Of a stretch of 57,567 nucleotides of DNA, positions 46,873 to 56,892 are shown in pieces (positions within the stretch are counted from its first letter, which is position 1; each line of letters begins with the position of its first letter). Source of the stretch: a virus (taxonomy: Duplodnaviria; Caudoviricetes). A model generated the notes under the pieces. That model was not told the origin of the DNA and made no database searches. It saw only the letters and a program-made list of their open reading frames with translations. Both the position numbers and the translations under genes were made by a program. The stretch is from IMG/VR virus record IMGVR_UViG_3300021600_000632, positions 1-57,567 of that record, one strand, 5' to 3'.

Positions 46873-47402
46873 ATGCCGTATAAACGATATTTCAAAATCA
46901 CCTTAAAAGCTGGATCAGACAAATCCTCTTCCCAAATAATTTGAGCATCGGCAAATTTTTCATTCTGAATGCCATCACTTTTTCTTTTATTCCAGATCTT
47001 TCCCATTATCTTTAAAATCGCTAACTTCAAATCAAGGGGCAGATTTTCAGCCTCAAAACCAGCAGTATAAGTAACACGATAATTGCGATAACCATCAACG
47101 CGAGCCTGAAGCATGACCATACCACCTTCAATAAAGGCGACATATTCCCATTCCTCCAACTCAACCCAACCACCATTCCGATATTGATCAACCTTTATAT
47201 TTTTAATATTGGTGGTATTCTCTAAAAACAAATCATCACTGTTGCCATCAAATATTTCTACAAATTCTTTAGCCTTAATCGAATTACTACAAAATGCTTC
47301 AGACCAAGCAATTACTCCTGGCAAGATTAATTCGATCGCTTCATCATCATCATCTGTGTCGATGCCTGCATAAGTTTTAAAATCGTCTACTGTGATAATC
47401 AT
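46869..47402 (-). CDS. Head-tail connector (gp6/gp15-like)
   Basis: Start MIITVDDFKTY; VTYTAGF..P.DLKLA; upstream extension contains a hairpin (47422-47445). Confidence 0.75.
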   Translation of the reverse strand: MIITVDDFKTYAGIDTDDDDEAIELILPGVIAWSEAFCSNSIKAKEFVEIFDGNSDDLFLENTTNIKNIKVDQYRNGGWVELEEWEYVAFIEGGMVMLQARVDGYRNYRVTYTAGFEAENLPLDLKLAILKIMGKIWNKRKSDGIQNEKFADAQIIWEEDLSDPAFKVILKYRLYGI

Positions 47403-47455
47403 AAAGTTAAAAATCTTATTCCAATCCCGAATTGCTTCGGGATTGAGTAAACCTT

Positions 47456-47683
47456 TTAAGCCTTGGAACAAATCTTCTCTTCAATCAACTTGTTGGCCAT
47501 TACAGGCTCAAAGCCTGCAACTTCTCCCTTTAAATAAGGTGTGTGACTTTTATTAAACACTACCTTCACCAACTTTGACTTGGCAGGCTTTTCTTTAACT
47601 TCTGCTCTTTCACTGCCTTTTTCGCCATTTGATTCACCTTCATTCGGATTTTTATCCGCTTGCTTTTCTTTGTCATTTGCCAT
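47456..47683 (-). CDS. Small head-associated hypothetical protein
   Basis: Directly after the capsid gene; V.F..Y.KGE..A.KLI pattern. Confidence 0.6.
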   Translation of the reverse strand: MANDKEKQADKNPNEGESNGEKGSERAEVKEKPAKSKLVKVVFNKSHTPYLKGEVAGFEPVMANKLIEEKICSKA

Positions 47684-47706
47684 AGATTTAATTCTTTATT
47701 ATCTAA

Positions 47707-47753
47707 ATCGTTCCCGCCTCAACCACCCCATGCTACGGCGAGGCGGGAACGAT
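47707..47753. terminator. 14-bp stem-loop after the major capsid gene
   Basis: ATCGTTCCCGCCTC..GAGGCGGGAACGAT. Confidence 0.6.
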
Positions 47754-47758
47754 ATTAG

Positions 47759-48811
47759 TTATTTAACGCCGGTCAATCTCTTGCCAGCATCGGGCATGGT
47801 AAATACACCATCAATTGCTTCGGCAACAACCACCTCGGTCTGCAATTTGCTGATAACCTTGTCAGTATCAATGAACATCTCCTCACCATCCTTAATCCAG
47901 TAGTACCAAGGATCGAAGAACAAGATCTCGGTTTCATCCATTCCATCACCTAAGTTAGCCGGAATATCAACGCACTCCAATACCGGGCGATTGAATATCG
48001 TCTGATCTCGAACATCAAATATCGGCATATTATTCTCATCAGTCAAAGACCTGATTAATTTCATGCCAGCTCCAGAGGTCATGAATACCGCATTTTGTCG
48101 ATACTGCTCTGGCAACTCATAATAGAGATTTACCAAATCTTTATACTTGAAAGCTGTATCAAATTGAGCAATCTCCGCAAGTCCTGCGGCTCTTACACCG
48201 GTAGGCTTACCCACACCATCACCTGCCACAAATGCCGACTCCTCTGAATCTCTTAATTTCCTTGAACTCAACTCACCAATAAAATTGACAATGTTATATG
48301 CCGAGGTATTCAACAACTTGCGAGGAATTAAAACCCTGGCCGCCAAGTAGAAATCAGACAGACTTCGCTTTTCAATTGTTGGGTCGCTGTCCGTGATGGT
48401 CTCATTGTCGTCTACCCAATATGCAGTGACTCCAGTCCCCTCAACTGGCAACTGAAAATTGCCGCTTAGCTTAAAGACATAGGCCAACTGGCGAAGTCTA
48501 GAAATTTTATCTTTTTTAGTAAGAATAAAATTAGCTAATTCGGTTGGAACAGTGTATCCGAATGATGCGTTGTTAACACTTACCACCTTCTCCTCAATTT
48601 TGCCCATGCATACGTCTTTAACGAACTGGGCTGCTTTTTCAATCTTCTCATCTTCAGTCACGACCTTAAAATCCTTCAATCCCTCTTGAGATTCCTTTAA
48701 TATCTCCTGCTTTAGCTCGACTGCAACCTCCTTAACTCCGTCAGCGATTAGGCCTTTTAATTCTTCCATAGTCACTTCCATGACTTGGGCTTGCTTTTCT
48801 TTTGGATCCAT
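47759..48811 (-). CDS. HK97-fold major capsid protein
   Basis: GYTVP, AYWV, F.AGDG.GKPTG. Confidence 0.9.
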   Translation of the reverse strand: MDPKEKQAQVMEVTMEELKGLIADGVKEVAVELKQEILKESQEGLKDFKVVTEDEKIEKAAQFVKDVCMGKIEEKVVSVNNASFGYTVPTELANFILTKKDKISRLRQLAYVFKLSGNFQLPVEGTGVTAYWVDDNETITDSDPTIEKRSLSDFYLAARVLIPRKLLNTSAYNIVNFIGELSSRKLRDSEESAFVAGDGVGKPTGVRAAGLAEIAQFDTAFKYKDLVNLYYELPEQYRQNAVFMTSGAGMKLIRSLTDENNMPIFDVRDQTIFNRPVLECVDIPANLGDGMDETEILFFDPWYYWIKDGEEMFIDTDKVISKLQTEVVVAEAIDGVFTMPDAGKRLTGVK

Positions 48812-48818
48812 ATTTTTA

Positions 48819-49580
48819 TCACTTAGTTATGCGGAGCAAATACTCCGCCTGTTTATCAATTTGTTTAACCACCTGCCTAATACGGAGAACTTTTTGTGTG
48901 TCCGCAAGAGTATCGACCTTTTGCCCCTCTTCATCAAGGGATTTTAAATAAGCGATATATTTATTGCTCATCTTTATGCTTTGCTTTTCACCACCCTTAT
49001 AAAACAACTTCACTTCTTTGCTTTTATTATCCACTTCAACAAAATCAACTATTTGCTCTGCCTTATTATCATCTTTCACGCTCACTAACTCAGTATCAGG
49101 ATTGGCACCAGCCAAGACCGGTGACCATTCGTACAACTTAACCTTTTTAATGATCCGATTATCTTTCTCATCCCATTCGTAATCAAGAATCTTAAAACCA
49201 ATACTAAATTCATCGATGATGCCAAACTTGATATCCGAGTATGCTTCTTTACCCCGCTGAGTTTCCAAATTAAACTGTCCCTGAATAAACAAACCCTTGT
49301 TGTCCTCATACGCCTTCAAGGTCTTGGCAATCGGTTCATCCCAATTGTGCATCCAAACACCCTTGGGTAGTTTATTATTCAAACTCTCAGAAAATGCCCC
49401 TCGGCGGATGATGTCGCCCACCAGATCAATGTTGTCAAAGATTGAAACATAGGCCTCAACAATGCCTTCTGACTGTGCATCCTTTTCCTCAACAATCTTA
49501 ATATTAGCCTTAGCCTTAATCCTGATCATCGTATTTATATCAAAATTATTTTGGCCTTGTTTTTTAATTGTTTCGCTCAT
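48819..49580 (-). CDS. HK97-family prohead protease
   Basis: D..GDII..GAF, W.H, FSIGF, LYEWS.V..GANP. Confidence 0.92.
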   Translation of the reverse strand: MSETIKKQGQNNFDINTMIRIKAKANIKIVEEKDAQSEGIVEAYVSIFDNIDLVGDIIRRGAFSESLNNKLPKGVWMHNWDEPIAKTLKAYEDNKGLFIQGQFNLETQRGKEAYSDIKFGIIDEFSIGFKILDYEWDEKDNRIIKKVKLYEWSPVLAGANPDTELVSVKDDNKAEQIVDFVEVDNKSKEVKLFYKGGEKQSIKMSNKYIAYLKSLDEEGQKVDTLADTQKVLRIRQVVKQIDKQAEYLLRITK

Positions 49581-49597
49581 ATTGTTTTGTTAATTAT

Positions 49598-51643
49598 TTA
49601 TAATGGCGTAAAATCACACTTGCAGTTCGGATGAACTGGAATCTGTCCTGCTATATCCTTAACTGTCCACCCCTGTGTTGCCCTGTCTTGGCAAGTTGAG
49701 CATGCATCGGGCGATAATAGCCACTCAACATCCGTAAAACCGTAATGCTCATATGTTTGCCGATGTGCCTCTGCCACACCTCGTGATGTTTCGGTACGAG
49801 CAATCAATTCGGCACGATAATCAACCGCAAAATCAAATACTTTTTCAACCCTAGTCTTTAACTCCGACAAACTCTCACCCGCCGAAATACCCTCGTTCAT
49901 GGTTTTTTCAAAATCGGCAATCGTAGTCTCGGTAATGCTTGTGCCAATTTCTTCACTGACCTGATCGAGCCAGGACTTGATGAAATCCATGTCCATGATC
50001 ACATCTTGGTCAATCAAGGCACTTGCCCCTGCCACGCCAGTCATCACTGTCTCATACATTAATGGGCTGATAACTTGAATCGTGGCTGTCACCTCATCCG
50101 TCTTACTAAGACTTTTAAAATCAACGCCGACTTGATCGCTTTTCTCAATTGAATTAATAAACCGCTGCTCTTGCTCCACGAACAAACTTGTCATTTTGCT
50201 TTTCCACAAACCTTCTAGCTTTGATTCACTCAACATTCTCTCTTGATAAAACTTGTGTTTTTGCTCGTCAGTTAGTCGCTGATTCTTATTTACTATCTTT
50301 AAAATTATTCTCTTGTTTTTAAACAAACTGGACATTGCCTTCTTAGTTGCCTTTTCTGCCAATCTTTTCATTTTCAAGTTGCGATTTAGTACTCGTTTTT
50401 TGACATACTCCTGCTTCTTCAAATTAACTCGACTGGAACTGAACGCCTTGATTTTGATAATCTCCTTCTTCTCACCGCCAATTAAAGGCATATTGGATAA
50501 CGGCATGTAAATATAATCACCACCTGCGACTGGTTGCAGTCCCTCATCAACCCTAATCTCATTCGTGGTCAACCATTTATTCCAGCCCTCGACTTTACGT
50601 TTTAAATCCATTTCCTCATCTGCTCTGGCGAGGGGAGAAAAATCAAGCCACAAGTCACTACCAAACATTGGCACTAAAAATTCATTCAACTGCTCAATTA
50701 ACTCGGTGGCCAAGGGTTCTAACGTCCATTTATTGAAAGCATATTCTGCCGCAACAGCACTGGCACGATTAACATCCTCAAACACGCCAAGAATTGGCTT
50801 CGGCACACCAAAGATCGACAAGATCTCATCCCTATTCATCTTGCGACTTTCAATGAAATCCAAATCCTTTGGCGGAATTGTTGCCGGCTTGAATTTCATA
50901 CCTGCCTCCAACACCTGAACATGATACGAATTCTCATAACCCTGAAACTTTTCTTTGAATTCTTTCTTTAGGCGACTGATCATCCCTTTGCTCGCATTGC
51001 CCTCAAGTTCTAAAAATCCCGATGGTCTTGCATTGTTTTTAAGTAAGTTGCTATTTGATTGAACGATGTAATCATCGTTCTCGGCTGTCTGCCTTACTGC
51101 TTCAATTACGCCAATGCCTTTGTCAGGATTACGTGGATTATAATTCTTGAGCCAGATAACCTCCTCCTTGTTAAAAGTACGTTTATATGTCCCGATTTCA
51201 TAAACATAATTCACCACCTGTCCGTTATCATCACGATTGACTCTGAAATACTCTGGCCGAGCCAAATATATATTTGAGGGATATTTATCGCTTTCATTAG
51301 CCTTAGTTAAAATCCAAGGACTAGCACCCAATAAATCACGATAAATAAAACTTAATTGCAAAAAATTGTATTTAGTCATCTCAGGATTAATACGATAAAG
51401 TAAATCCAGCAACTCATGTTCAATAACCTCCTCCACCTCACCATTCTTCTTATTTCGATACAATTTAAAATCAATCTGTGCCAATCCCATGGAACGACGT
51501 GCTACGCAAGCATAAATCCATGACTTGTAAAAATCTAAAGCATCGGCACGAGTAATTACGTTAGACATCATGCCGCTGTTCATAAAAAACGAGAATGGCA
51601 CGCCTTGCGTTGCGGTTTTAAATAATTTATTCCAAAAACTCAT
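49598..51643 (-). CDS. HK97-type portal fused to Mu gpF/SPP1 gp7-like minor head domain
   Basis: Portal motifs (N.ARPSG, IFGVP, LT.NEIR) followed by RAELIARTE..HPNCKC. Confidence 0.88.
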   Translation of the reverse strand: MSFWNKLFKTATQGVPFSFFMNSGMMSNVITRADALDFYKSWIYACVARRSMGLAQIDFKLYRNKKNGEVEEVIEHELLDLLYRINPEMTKYNFLQLSFIYRDLLGASPWILTKANESDKYPSNIYLARPEYFRVNRDDNGQVVNYVYEIGTYKRTFNKEEVIWLKNYNPRNPDKGIGVIEAVRQTAENDDYIVQSNSNLLKNNARPSGFLELEGNASKGMISRLKKEFKEKFQGYENSYHVQVLEAGMKFKPATIPPKDLDFIESRKMNRDEILSIFGVPKPILGVFEDVNRASAVAAEYAFNKWTLEPLATELIEQLNEFLVPMFGSDLWLDFSPLARADEEMDLKRKVEGWNKWLTTNEIRVDEGLQPVAGGDYIYMPLSNMPLIGGEKKEIIKIKAFSSSRVNLKKQEYVKKRVLNRNLKMKRLAEKATKKAMSSLFKNKRIILKIVNKNQRLTDEQKHKFYQERMLSESKLEGLWKSKMTSLFVEQEQRFINSIEKSDQVGVDFKSLSKTDEVTATIQVISPLMYETVMTGVAGASALIDQDVIMDMDFIKSWLDQVSEEIGTSITETTIADFEKTMNEGISAGESLSELKTRVEKVFDFAVDYRAELIARTETSRGVAEAHRQTYEHYGFTDVEWLLSPDACSTCQDRATQGWTVKDIAGQIPVHPNCKCDFTPL

Positions 51644-51644
51644 A

Positions 51645-51971
51645 CTATTTTGGCAAATCGCTTTTAACTTTTATTAATATGTCATCAAAGGTCACGGTTT
51701 GACCATCCTCAAAAACCACTCGAATCTCACCGTAATACTTACCCACCTCATCAAAGTCACCAGCCTTCACTGTGTACTTAATCTGACCTTGTGGTCCATC
51801 AACAACCACCATTTCTCCCTCGAACTTAATCTCATTTGCCCTCTTTTTCTGGACTCGCAACTTGATACTAGATGCAGCATTGAGATTAATAGCATTGCCA
51901 TTGAAGTCACGCAAAGTGAAATCAAGGTCGAAGCCCACATCATTCTTAATTGTCTCAATATCCGTTCTCAT
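51645..51971 (-). CDS. BppU-N-like structural protein
   Basis: G.I.YT..GDFD..G.Y.GE..V.F.DG. Confidence 0.6.
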   Translation of the reverse strand: MRTDIETIKNDVGFDLDFTLRDFNGNAINLNAASSIKLRVQKKRANEIKFEGEMVVVDGPQGQIKYTVKAGDFDEVGKYYGEIRVVFEDGQTVTFDDILIKVKSDLPK

Positions 51972-52672
51972 GCTTTTGACTTTAAAATAAATTGGCGTGT
52001 CTTATCTGTCATCTCATAAATCTTTTTACGGGCACTGGAAAATAGCTTGGCAAATGTCGATAACTTAACTATTGAAAATACAGAACAACTCAATACCAAC
52101 TGCCAAAACATGATCGGCACTAACGCCACTACTCCAGTGGCCACCTGACTCAGAACTTTGAATCTGATCGAAACCTGCTTCAAACTAATAGCACCAGTAC
52201 CAAGTAAACTGATCGACTGTTTTATTACCGGCTCGGTATAATATACTTTGAAAGCAAAATCATGACTCGGATGTGGCGTAGTATCAATGTACGACATGCC
52301 ATCGGGATACGGATTACCAAAAACGTTCTTGCCCCAACTCATGTAACTGCCACCTGGCCTCTGCAAATTAATGTAATACATCTTGCCTGGCGTAACTGTG
52401 AAAACTGTGTCAAACCAAAACTCATTCCAACCCATCTGCGTAAAATGCACTGTCTGATAATACAATGCCGGTCCAGTCAGGCTGTCTTTAATGGCAATAG
52501 CCATATAGGCATCGTAAGGTGAGCCATCGGCATACAAATCCATCTTGCAAATATTCTTCATGCCGGTAGGAATAAGAATCCCCTGATGCCACGAATTATT
52601 AATAATGGTCGATGAATTGTTAATTGAAGTCTGGCTAATGCCTAATATCGCCTCCATATCACTGAATTTCAA
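51968..52672 (-). CDS. Beta-sandwich protein similar to the tail-fibre repeat
   Basis: GWNEF.F..VTPG..Y..NPYPDG..DFAFKV matches GWFTF..VTAGQTY..NPYAGG..DITFEV in 37915..40161. Confidence 0.55.
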   Translation of the reverse strand: MKFSDMEAILGISQTSINNSSTIINNSWHQGILIPTGMKNICKMDLYADGSPYDAYMAIAIKDSLTGPALYYQTVHFTQMGWNEFWFDTVFTVTPGKMYYINLQRPGGSYMSWGKNVFGNPYPDGMSYIDTTPHPSHDFAFKVYYTEPVIKQSISLLGTGAISLKQVSIRFKVLSQVATGVVALVPIMFWQLVLSCSVFSIVKLSTFAKLFSSARKKIYEMTDKTRQFILKSKA

Positions 52673-53072
52673 GAATTATGGTAAATTCCACCTTATCCCC
52701 GCTATTTACCCCAATGCCCACAAAATCGCCATGTATGAGCAAATTTCCGGCCGTAATGGCCGTAAATAACCCCGCCTCGGTGATCGTTTTAGTCGCATTG
52801 GCCGTATGCATGGAAACCCACTGTATCTGATCGGATCTCGGTTGTGTTCTAGTGGCCGATATGCGAGCCTCACTGGACTCGTTAAACAAAGTGGTGTTAT
52901 TCTTGGCAATCGTCCCGGCACCGGTTCCCCAACCCACGTACTCGCCCGCATTTAAGGTCTGGCCGTCAATCTTGTCGATAATCCAGTCCTCGCATGCATT
53001 GGTCAACACGACTGCAAAATACAGAAAACGATTGATCAATTTTTGTAGTTTATTCTCGATGACTAAAATCAT
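52659..53072 (-). CDS. Structural protein resembling 40376..40933
   Basis: GWGTG..TTLF.E..R..ITEAGLF. Confidence 0.55.
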   Translation of the reverse strand: MILVIENKLQKLINRFLYFAVVLTNACEDWIIDKIDGQTLNAGEYVGWGTGAGTIAKNNTTLFNESSEARISATRTQPRSDQIQWVSMHTANATKTITEAGLFTAITAGNLLIHGDFVGIGVNSGDKVEFTIILEIQ

Positions 53073-53268
53073 ATTGTTTATTTATAAAATGTTTTCTAAA
53101 TTTAAGTCCTTGCTTTAACAATCTCGATTCACTCCACTTGCCTTCACCCGCTCGCATGACACGTGCGCAGATACTGGTTCGCTTGACTACTGCCACTCGC
53201 AGATGACCGCCCAGTCGATTGACGAATCTCAATAAGGTTTTAAATAATTGTCGTTTAATCCATGTCAT
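53050..53268 (-). CDS. Hypothetical basic protein
   Basis: 4-nt overlap with the terminase stop. Confidence 0.45.
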   Translation of the reverse strand: MTWIKRQLFKTLLRFVNRLGGHLRVAVVKRTSICARVMRAGEGKWSESRLLKQGLKFRKHFINKQYDFSHRE

Positions 53269-54704
53269 AAAGTTATTATTCTAGGCACTGATTGATTTCG
53301 TTTATAATAGGTGAAGCATAGGCCGTCCCAAAAGTCTGGACTTGGTACGCCTCGGGCAATCAACTCATCCTTGGACTCCATTTGAATCTTGCCGTCCCCA
53401 CCACTCGCTATTTTCCACTTGATCTCATCTACTTCGGCAAACTCCTTGCCATAGATTTTACCACCCTGCTCGGTGAGCATCTTCTTGGCTTGAAAATTTG
53501 CCTCAGCTTTTACGTTAACGTACACATCCTTGCCTGCATCACTGGCTTGATCGTTAGCCCGACAAGAATTAACAAAAATACCATCCTCTTCTAGCCGATC
53601 AACCACACCAGCCCCTACACCGACCACATCCACAAAGACATCCAAATAATCAATATGCTCTTCTCGACAAATCAACTTAATCTCTTTGGCCACATCCATG
53701 ATGTTCTTCGTCTTAATCTTCCGCTTTACGTATGCCCTAGGTAGACTTGAACCTTCCTCTAAACCTCGGATAATAAATGCCGTCCAATTACCACCCCTTG
53801 CCACATCAACACCTAACCGTTTACCCTCCCGCTTCAATTTAGGTCGTTCCTCGCAATACATCACTTTCTGCTCTGTTGAAGTCATCAACTTTCGATAACC
53901 CTTAGCATCAACCTCATTCTCATCCGGGAACTTGCAACGATACAGGATATCAGCCAAGGGTAACTTCAGGGCTTTGCTTAAGAACTCCGGCGTATACCTG
54001 CCCTCCTTCAAGGCCTGATCAGAATTTATAAAGATTTTGAAATAATCCTTATCCTTCCATGACCGCTTAAAATGATTATTGTGAAAGGGGTTGCCGATCT
54101 TGATATAGCACGACTGCTTGCGTTCTTTACCCACCTTCTGCTTACCGGCAATCATGCGAAAAATCGTGGCTTCAATTTCGTCTGGGATCAAGGCACTCTC
54201 ATCCTGAATAACAATACGACCACCCTCACCCATAACTGCTTTAACTCCATTAGCCGCACTTCTAGCCTCAACACTTAAAGCGAATAGACCACCACCATTG
54301 CGTAAAACGATTCTATCCTTACTGGCCTCTTGTCTTAACATGTCGATTCGATCTTTCTTTTCGAGCAAGGAACTAAACAACGGGCTATCATCGATATGCT
54401 CGATGTAGTAACGCATAATCTTCTTGGCCTGTTCTTTTTTCGGGGCAACCACCGGTATCAACTCGCCCTGAATACAACTGACCACAATACACGCCAAGGC
54501 AACAATTAAGGACTTACCATACTGGGTACATGCAATGATTTGAATGTACCCATAGTGCCTGAACACGATCGCCCAGAAAATCACCAGCTGACCTTCCGAT
54601 ATCACCTCATTCGCCGGTTCACCTTCTAACTTGAATTGTTTTAAAAGAGCGATGCATGTCTCCCTTTCGCTAGTCGGTATGATTGGCAATTGGGGGTTTT
54701 GCAT
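53265..54704 (-). CDS. terL: Terminase large subunit
   Basis: TQYGKS Walker A, IQDES Walker B, IGNP, GVDVAR, SPDFWD nuclease motifs. Confidence 0.9.
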   Translation of the reverse strand: MQNPQLPIIPTSERETCIALLKQFKLEGEPANEVISEGQLVIFWAIVFRHYGYIQIIACTQYGKSLIVALACIVVSCIQGELIPVVAPKKEQAKKIMRYYIEHIDDSPLFSSLLEKKDRIDMLRQEASKDRIVLRNGGGLFALSVEARSAANGVKAVMGEGGRIVIQDESALIPDEIEATIFRMIAGKQKVGKERKQSCYIKIGNPFHNNHFKRSWKDKDYFKIFINSDQALKEGRYTPEFLSKALKLPLADILYRCKFPDENEVDAKGYRKLMTSTEQKVMYCEERPKLKREGKRLGVDVARGGNWTAFIIRGLEEGSSLPRAYVKRKIKTKNIMDVAKEIKLICREEHIDYLDVFVDVVGVGAGVVDRLEEDGIFVNSCRANDQASDAGKDVYVNVKAEANFQAKKMLTEQGGKIYGKEFAEVDEIKWKIASGGDGKIQMESKDELIARGVPSPDFWDGLCFTYYKRNQSVPRIITL

Positions 54705-55116
54705 TATTATCTTGCTTTAACTGGTTTATTAAATCACTGAAATCTTTCCTCATTTGCTCCATGTCCGCTGAATTGCCGGTATCGATTTCTGACTTTACTT
54801 TGTAATTTGGATGTCGACATTTCAGATAGAAAATAATCGAAGCAGTATCATCATTAGCGATTTTTCCCAGTAACTTACCCTCGACATAGTACCGCTGTGC
54901 CCACTCAACCACATCAACCTTCTTGGCAAACTCCTCATCTTCTTGTAACCACAAATAATAGGTTTTAGGCGAAATGCCAACTTTTTTGCATGCATTCCTG
55001 ACAATGCCCATGTTCTTCTCCAGCTCGTCCAGAATCTTCTCTTTGTTCTTGATAATCCTCAGTTCGATTTTCCCCTTTTTTATAGTGTTACATTTGTTAC
55101 ATTTCTCTTGTTCCAT
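54670..55116 (-). CDS. Terminase small subunit-like HTH protein
   Basis: AC..VGIS..TYY.W..D.EF, IIFYLK; directly upstream of terL. Confidence 0.7.
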   Translation of the reverse strand: MEQEKCNKCNTIKKGKIELRIIKNKEKILDELEKNMGIVRNACKKVGISPKTYYLWLQEDEEFAKKVDVVEWAQRYYVEGKLLGKIANDDTASIIFYLKCRHPNYKVKSEIDTGNSADMEQMRKDFSDLINQLKQDNNAKPPIANHTD

Positions 55117-55286
55117 ACAACTTCAGACTCACACTGTTTAAGAACTTTGCCTTGACGGAAAAAATGGAGTTTAGCCGACATTTCGGTCTTGAAAAGGCGA
55201 TAATTACCCCTACACTCCCCCATACACAATCCGAAGGCTTTCTTAGTATCTATGACCTCTCCAGTTTTTATACAATAAAAATTCAT
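55080..55286 (-). CDS. Small Cys-rich hypothetical protein
   Basis: 68-aa ORF coupled to the methylase stop. Confidence 0.45.
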   Translation of the reverse strand: MNFYCIKTGEVIDTKKAFGLCMGECRGNYRLFKTEMSAKLHFFRQGKVLKQCESEVVWNKRNVTNVTL

Positions 55287-56521
55287 AACTTTTTGACTTT
55301 CTTATTGGTAAATTCCTCCCAGCGCTTAATTATTACATCAACATATTTCGGATCCATTTCCATCGAATAGCACACTCGATCCATTTGTTCACAACTCATC
55401 AGTGTTGAACCTGAACCACCAAACAGATCGACCACAATATCCCCACGCTCACTGTTCTTTTTGATGCCCCTTTCTGCAAGTCTCAATGGTTTCTGTGTCG
55501 GGTGAACATATTTCTGCGTAATATCCCGTTTTTCGTACCAAACATCCATCATCTCGCTGTAATCATCAAAATCAAGATTGAATACGTCCTTGAAATTTGT
55601 GATCTTCCGATTTTTGTAATGCACCTTTTTGTTCTTCCAGCCAACCATGCAAGGCTCATACTGACGGTGATAATCTTGACCTCGCGAGAAGACCATCGAA
55701 TTCTTAAGCCAAATAATGATCTGACTCATATGCCAACCTGAATTGTCAAAGGCATGCCGATTAATACTGTTATTCTTGTTGGCAAACCACCAGTAAATCG
55801 TCACATCATCAGTACTAAAGTCGAATAGATTCTTCAAGACATCGATGTAAAACTCTAAGCAATCCTCGTCCGATTTGTTATCATTGAAAATCTTGCCACC
55901 TGTACCACCGAACTTGGTCGAACTATAATCTAGACCTCCGGGTGATTTATAGTCCACGTTGTAAGGCGGATCAGTAAAGACTAGCCTTGCCTTCTTTTCC
56001 TTCATCAAAACCTCCACGTCTGACCGCTTAGCCGAATCACCGCACATCAAGCGATGTCTACCTAACTCGTAAACATCTCCGGTCTTGGCTTTTGGCTCCT
56101 TGATCTTGTCATACTCCTCCTGAGCATCAAATCCGTCCTCCCTAACTTCAGTAATGATGTCCTCATCGAAACCAGTAAGCTTAAGCATCTCATCGTCCAA
56201 CTCCTTCAACTCCTTAATCACCAGCTCCATATCCCAAGGACTCTCGTTGAGCTTATTATCAGCTAAACGATAAGCAATAGCCTTCTTGGCCGGTAAGTCA
56301 ACAATGATGCACGGCACTTCTTTGAGCTTTAAAAGTTTAGCTGCTTCGAATCTGCCATGACCGACAATAATGACATTCTTCTTGTCCAAGACCATTGGCT
56401 GATTAAAACCAAACTCTCGAATACTATCAGCTATCAGTTTGACCTGCTTGTTCGCATGCTTTTTGGCATTCCTCTCGTATGGCTTGATCGCCTCGAGTGG
56501 TATCATTTGTTCTGTTCGCAT
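55283..56521 (-). CDS. ParB-N domain + N6/N4 DNA methyltransferase
   Basis: PY.RNA..IIVGHGR..RLADN; TDPPYN, HPTQKP, DLFGGSGST. Confidence 0.92.
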   Translation of the reverse strand: MRTEQMIPLEAIKPYERNAKKHANKQVKLIADSIREFGFNQPMVLDKKNVIIVGHGRFEAAKLLKLKEVPCIIVDLPAKKAIAYRLADNKLNESPWDMELVIKELKELDDEMLKLTGFDEDIITEVREDGFDAQEEYDKIKEPKAKTGDVYELGRHRLMCGDSAKRSDVEVLMKEKKARLVFTDPPYNVDYKSPGGLDYSSTKFGGTGGKIFNDNKSDEDCLEFYIDVLKNLFDFSTDDVTIYWWFANKNNSINRHAFDNSGWHMSQIIIWLKNSMVFSRGQDYHRQYEPCMVGWKNKKVHYKNRKITNFKDVFNLDFDDYSEMMDVWYEKRDITQKYVHPTQKPLRLAERGIKKNSERGDIVVDLFGGSGSTLMSCEQMDRVCYSMEMDPKYVDVIIKRWEEFTNKKVKKL

Positions 56522-56888
56522 ATTTTACTATTAAAATTTTTGATATTTCTCGATTATTAAATTTGCCATCCCTGACTGTTTTTAAAATTGCACCCTCTAA
56601 TCCCCTCACTATTTCCTTAACCTTCTGATTGTAATTTTTAATCTTCATTCGATCGGTTGCCTTAACTCCCTGTAAAAGTCGTAGGAACGGATCCTTGGCG
56701 ACTGACAAAGCGTAATTGATTAATGCCCGCTCGTTGGTCCCATCTTGATAAAAAACGGCCACCTGAACGACTCCGATTAAAAAATACTTGGTACCAATAA
56801 TGTCCCCATGCTCAGTTTGCTCGACCGAATTATTGAAATCGACACGCAAAATGAGATTTTTCTCAATTAGTCTTTTTAAATCTTCCAT
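56427..56888 (-). CDS. Hypothetical phage protein
   Basis: Probable start MEDLKR 4 nt after the upstream stop; 3' end overlaps the methylase by 95 nt. Confidence 0.5.
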   Translation of the reverse strand: MEDLKRLIEKNLILRVDFNNSVEQTEHGDIIGTKYFLIGVVQVAVFYQDGTNERALINYALSVAKDPFLRLLQGVKATDRMKIKNYNQKVKEIVRGLEGAILKTVRDGKFNNREISKILIVKYANRTNDTTRGDQAIREECQKACEQAGQTDS

Positions 56889-56892
56889 ATCG

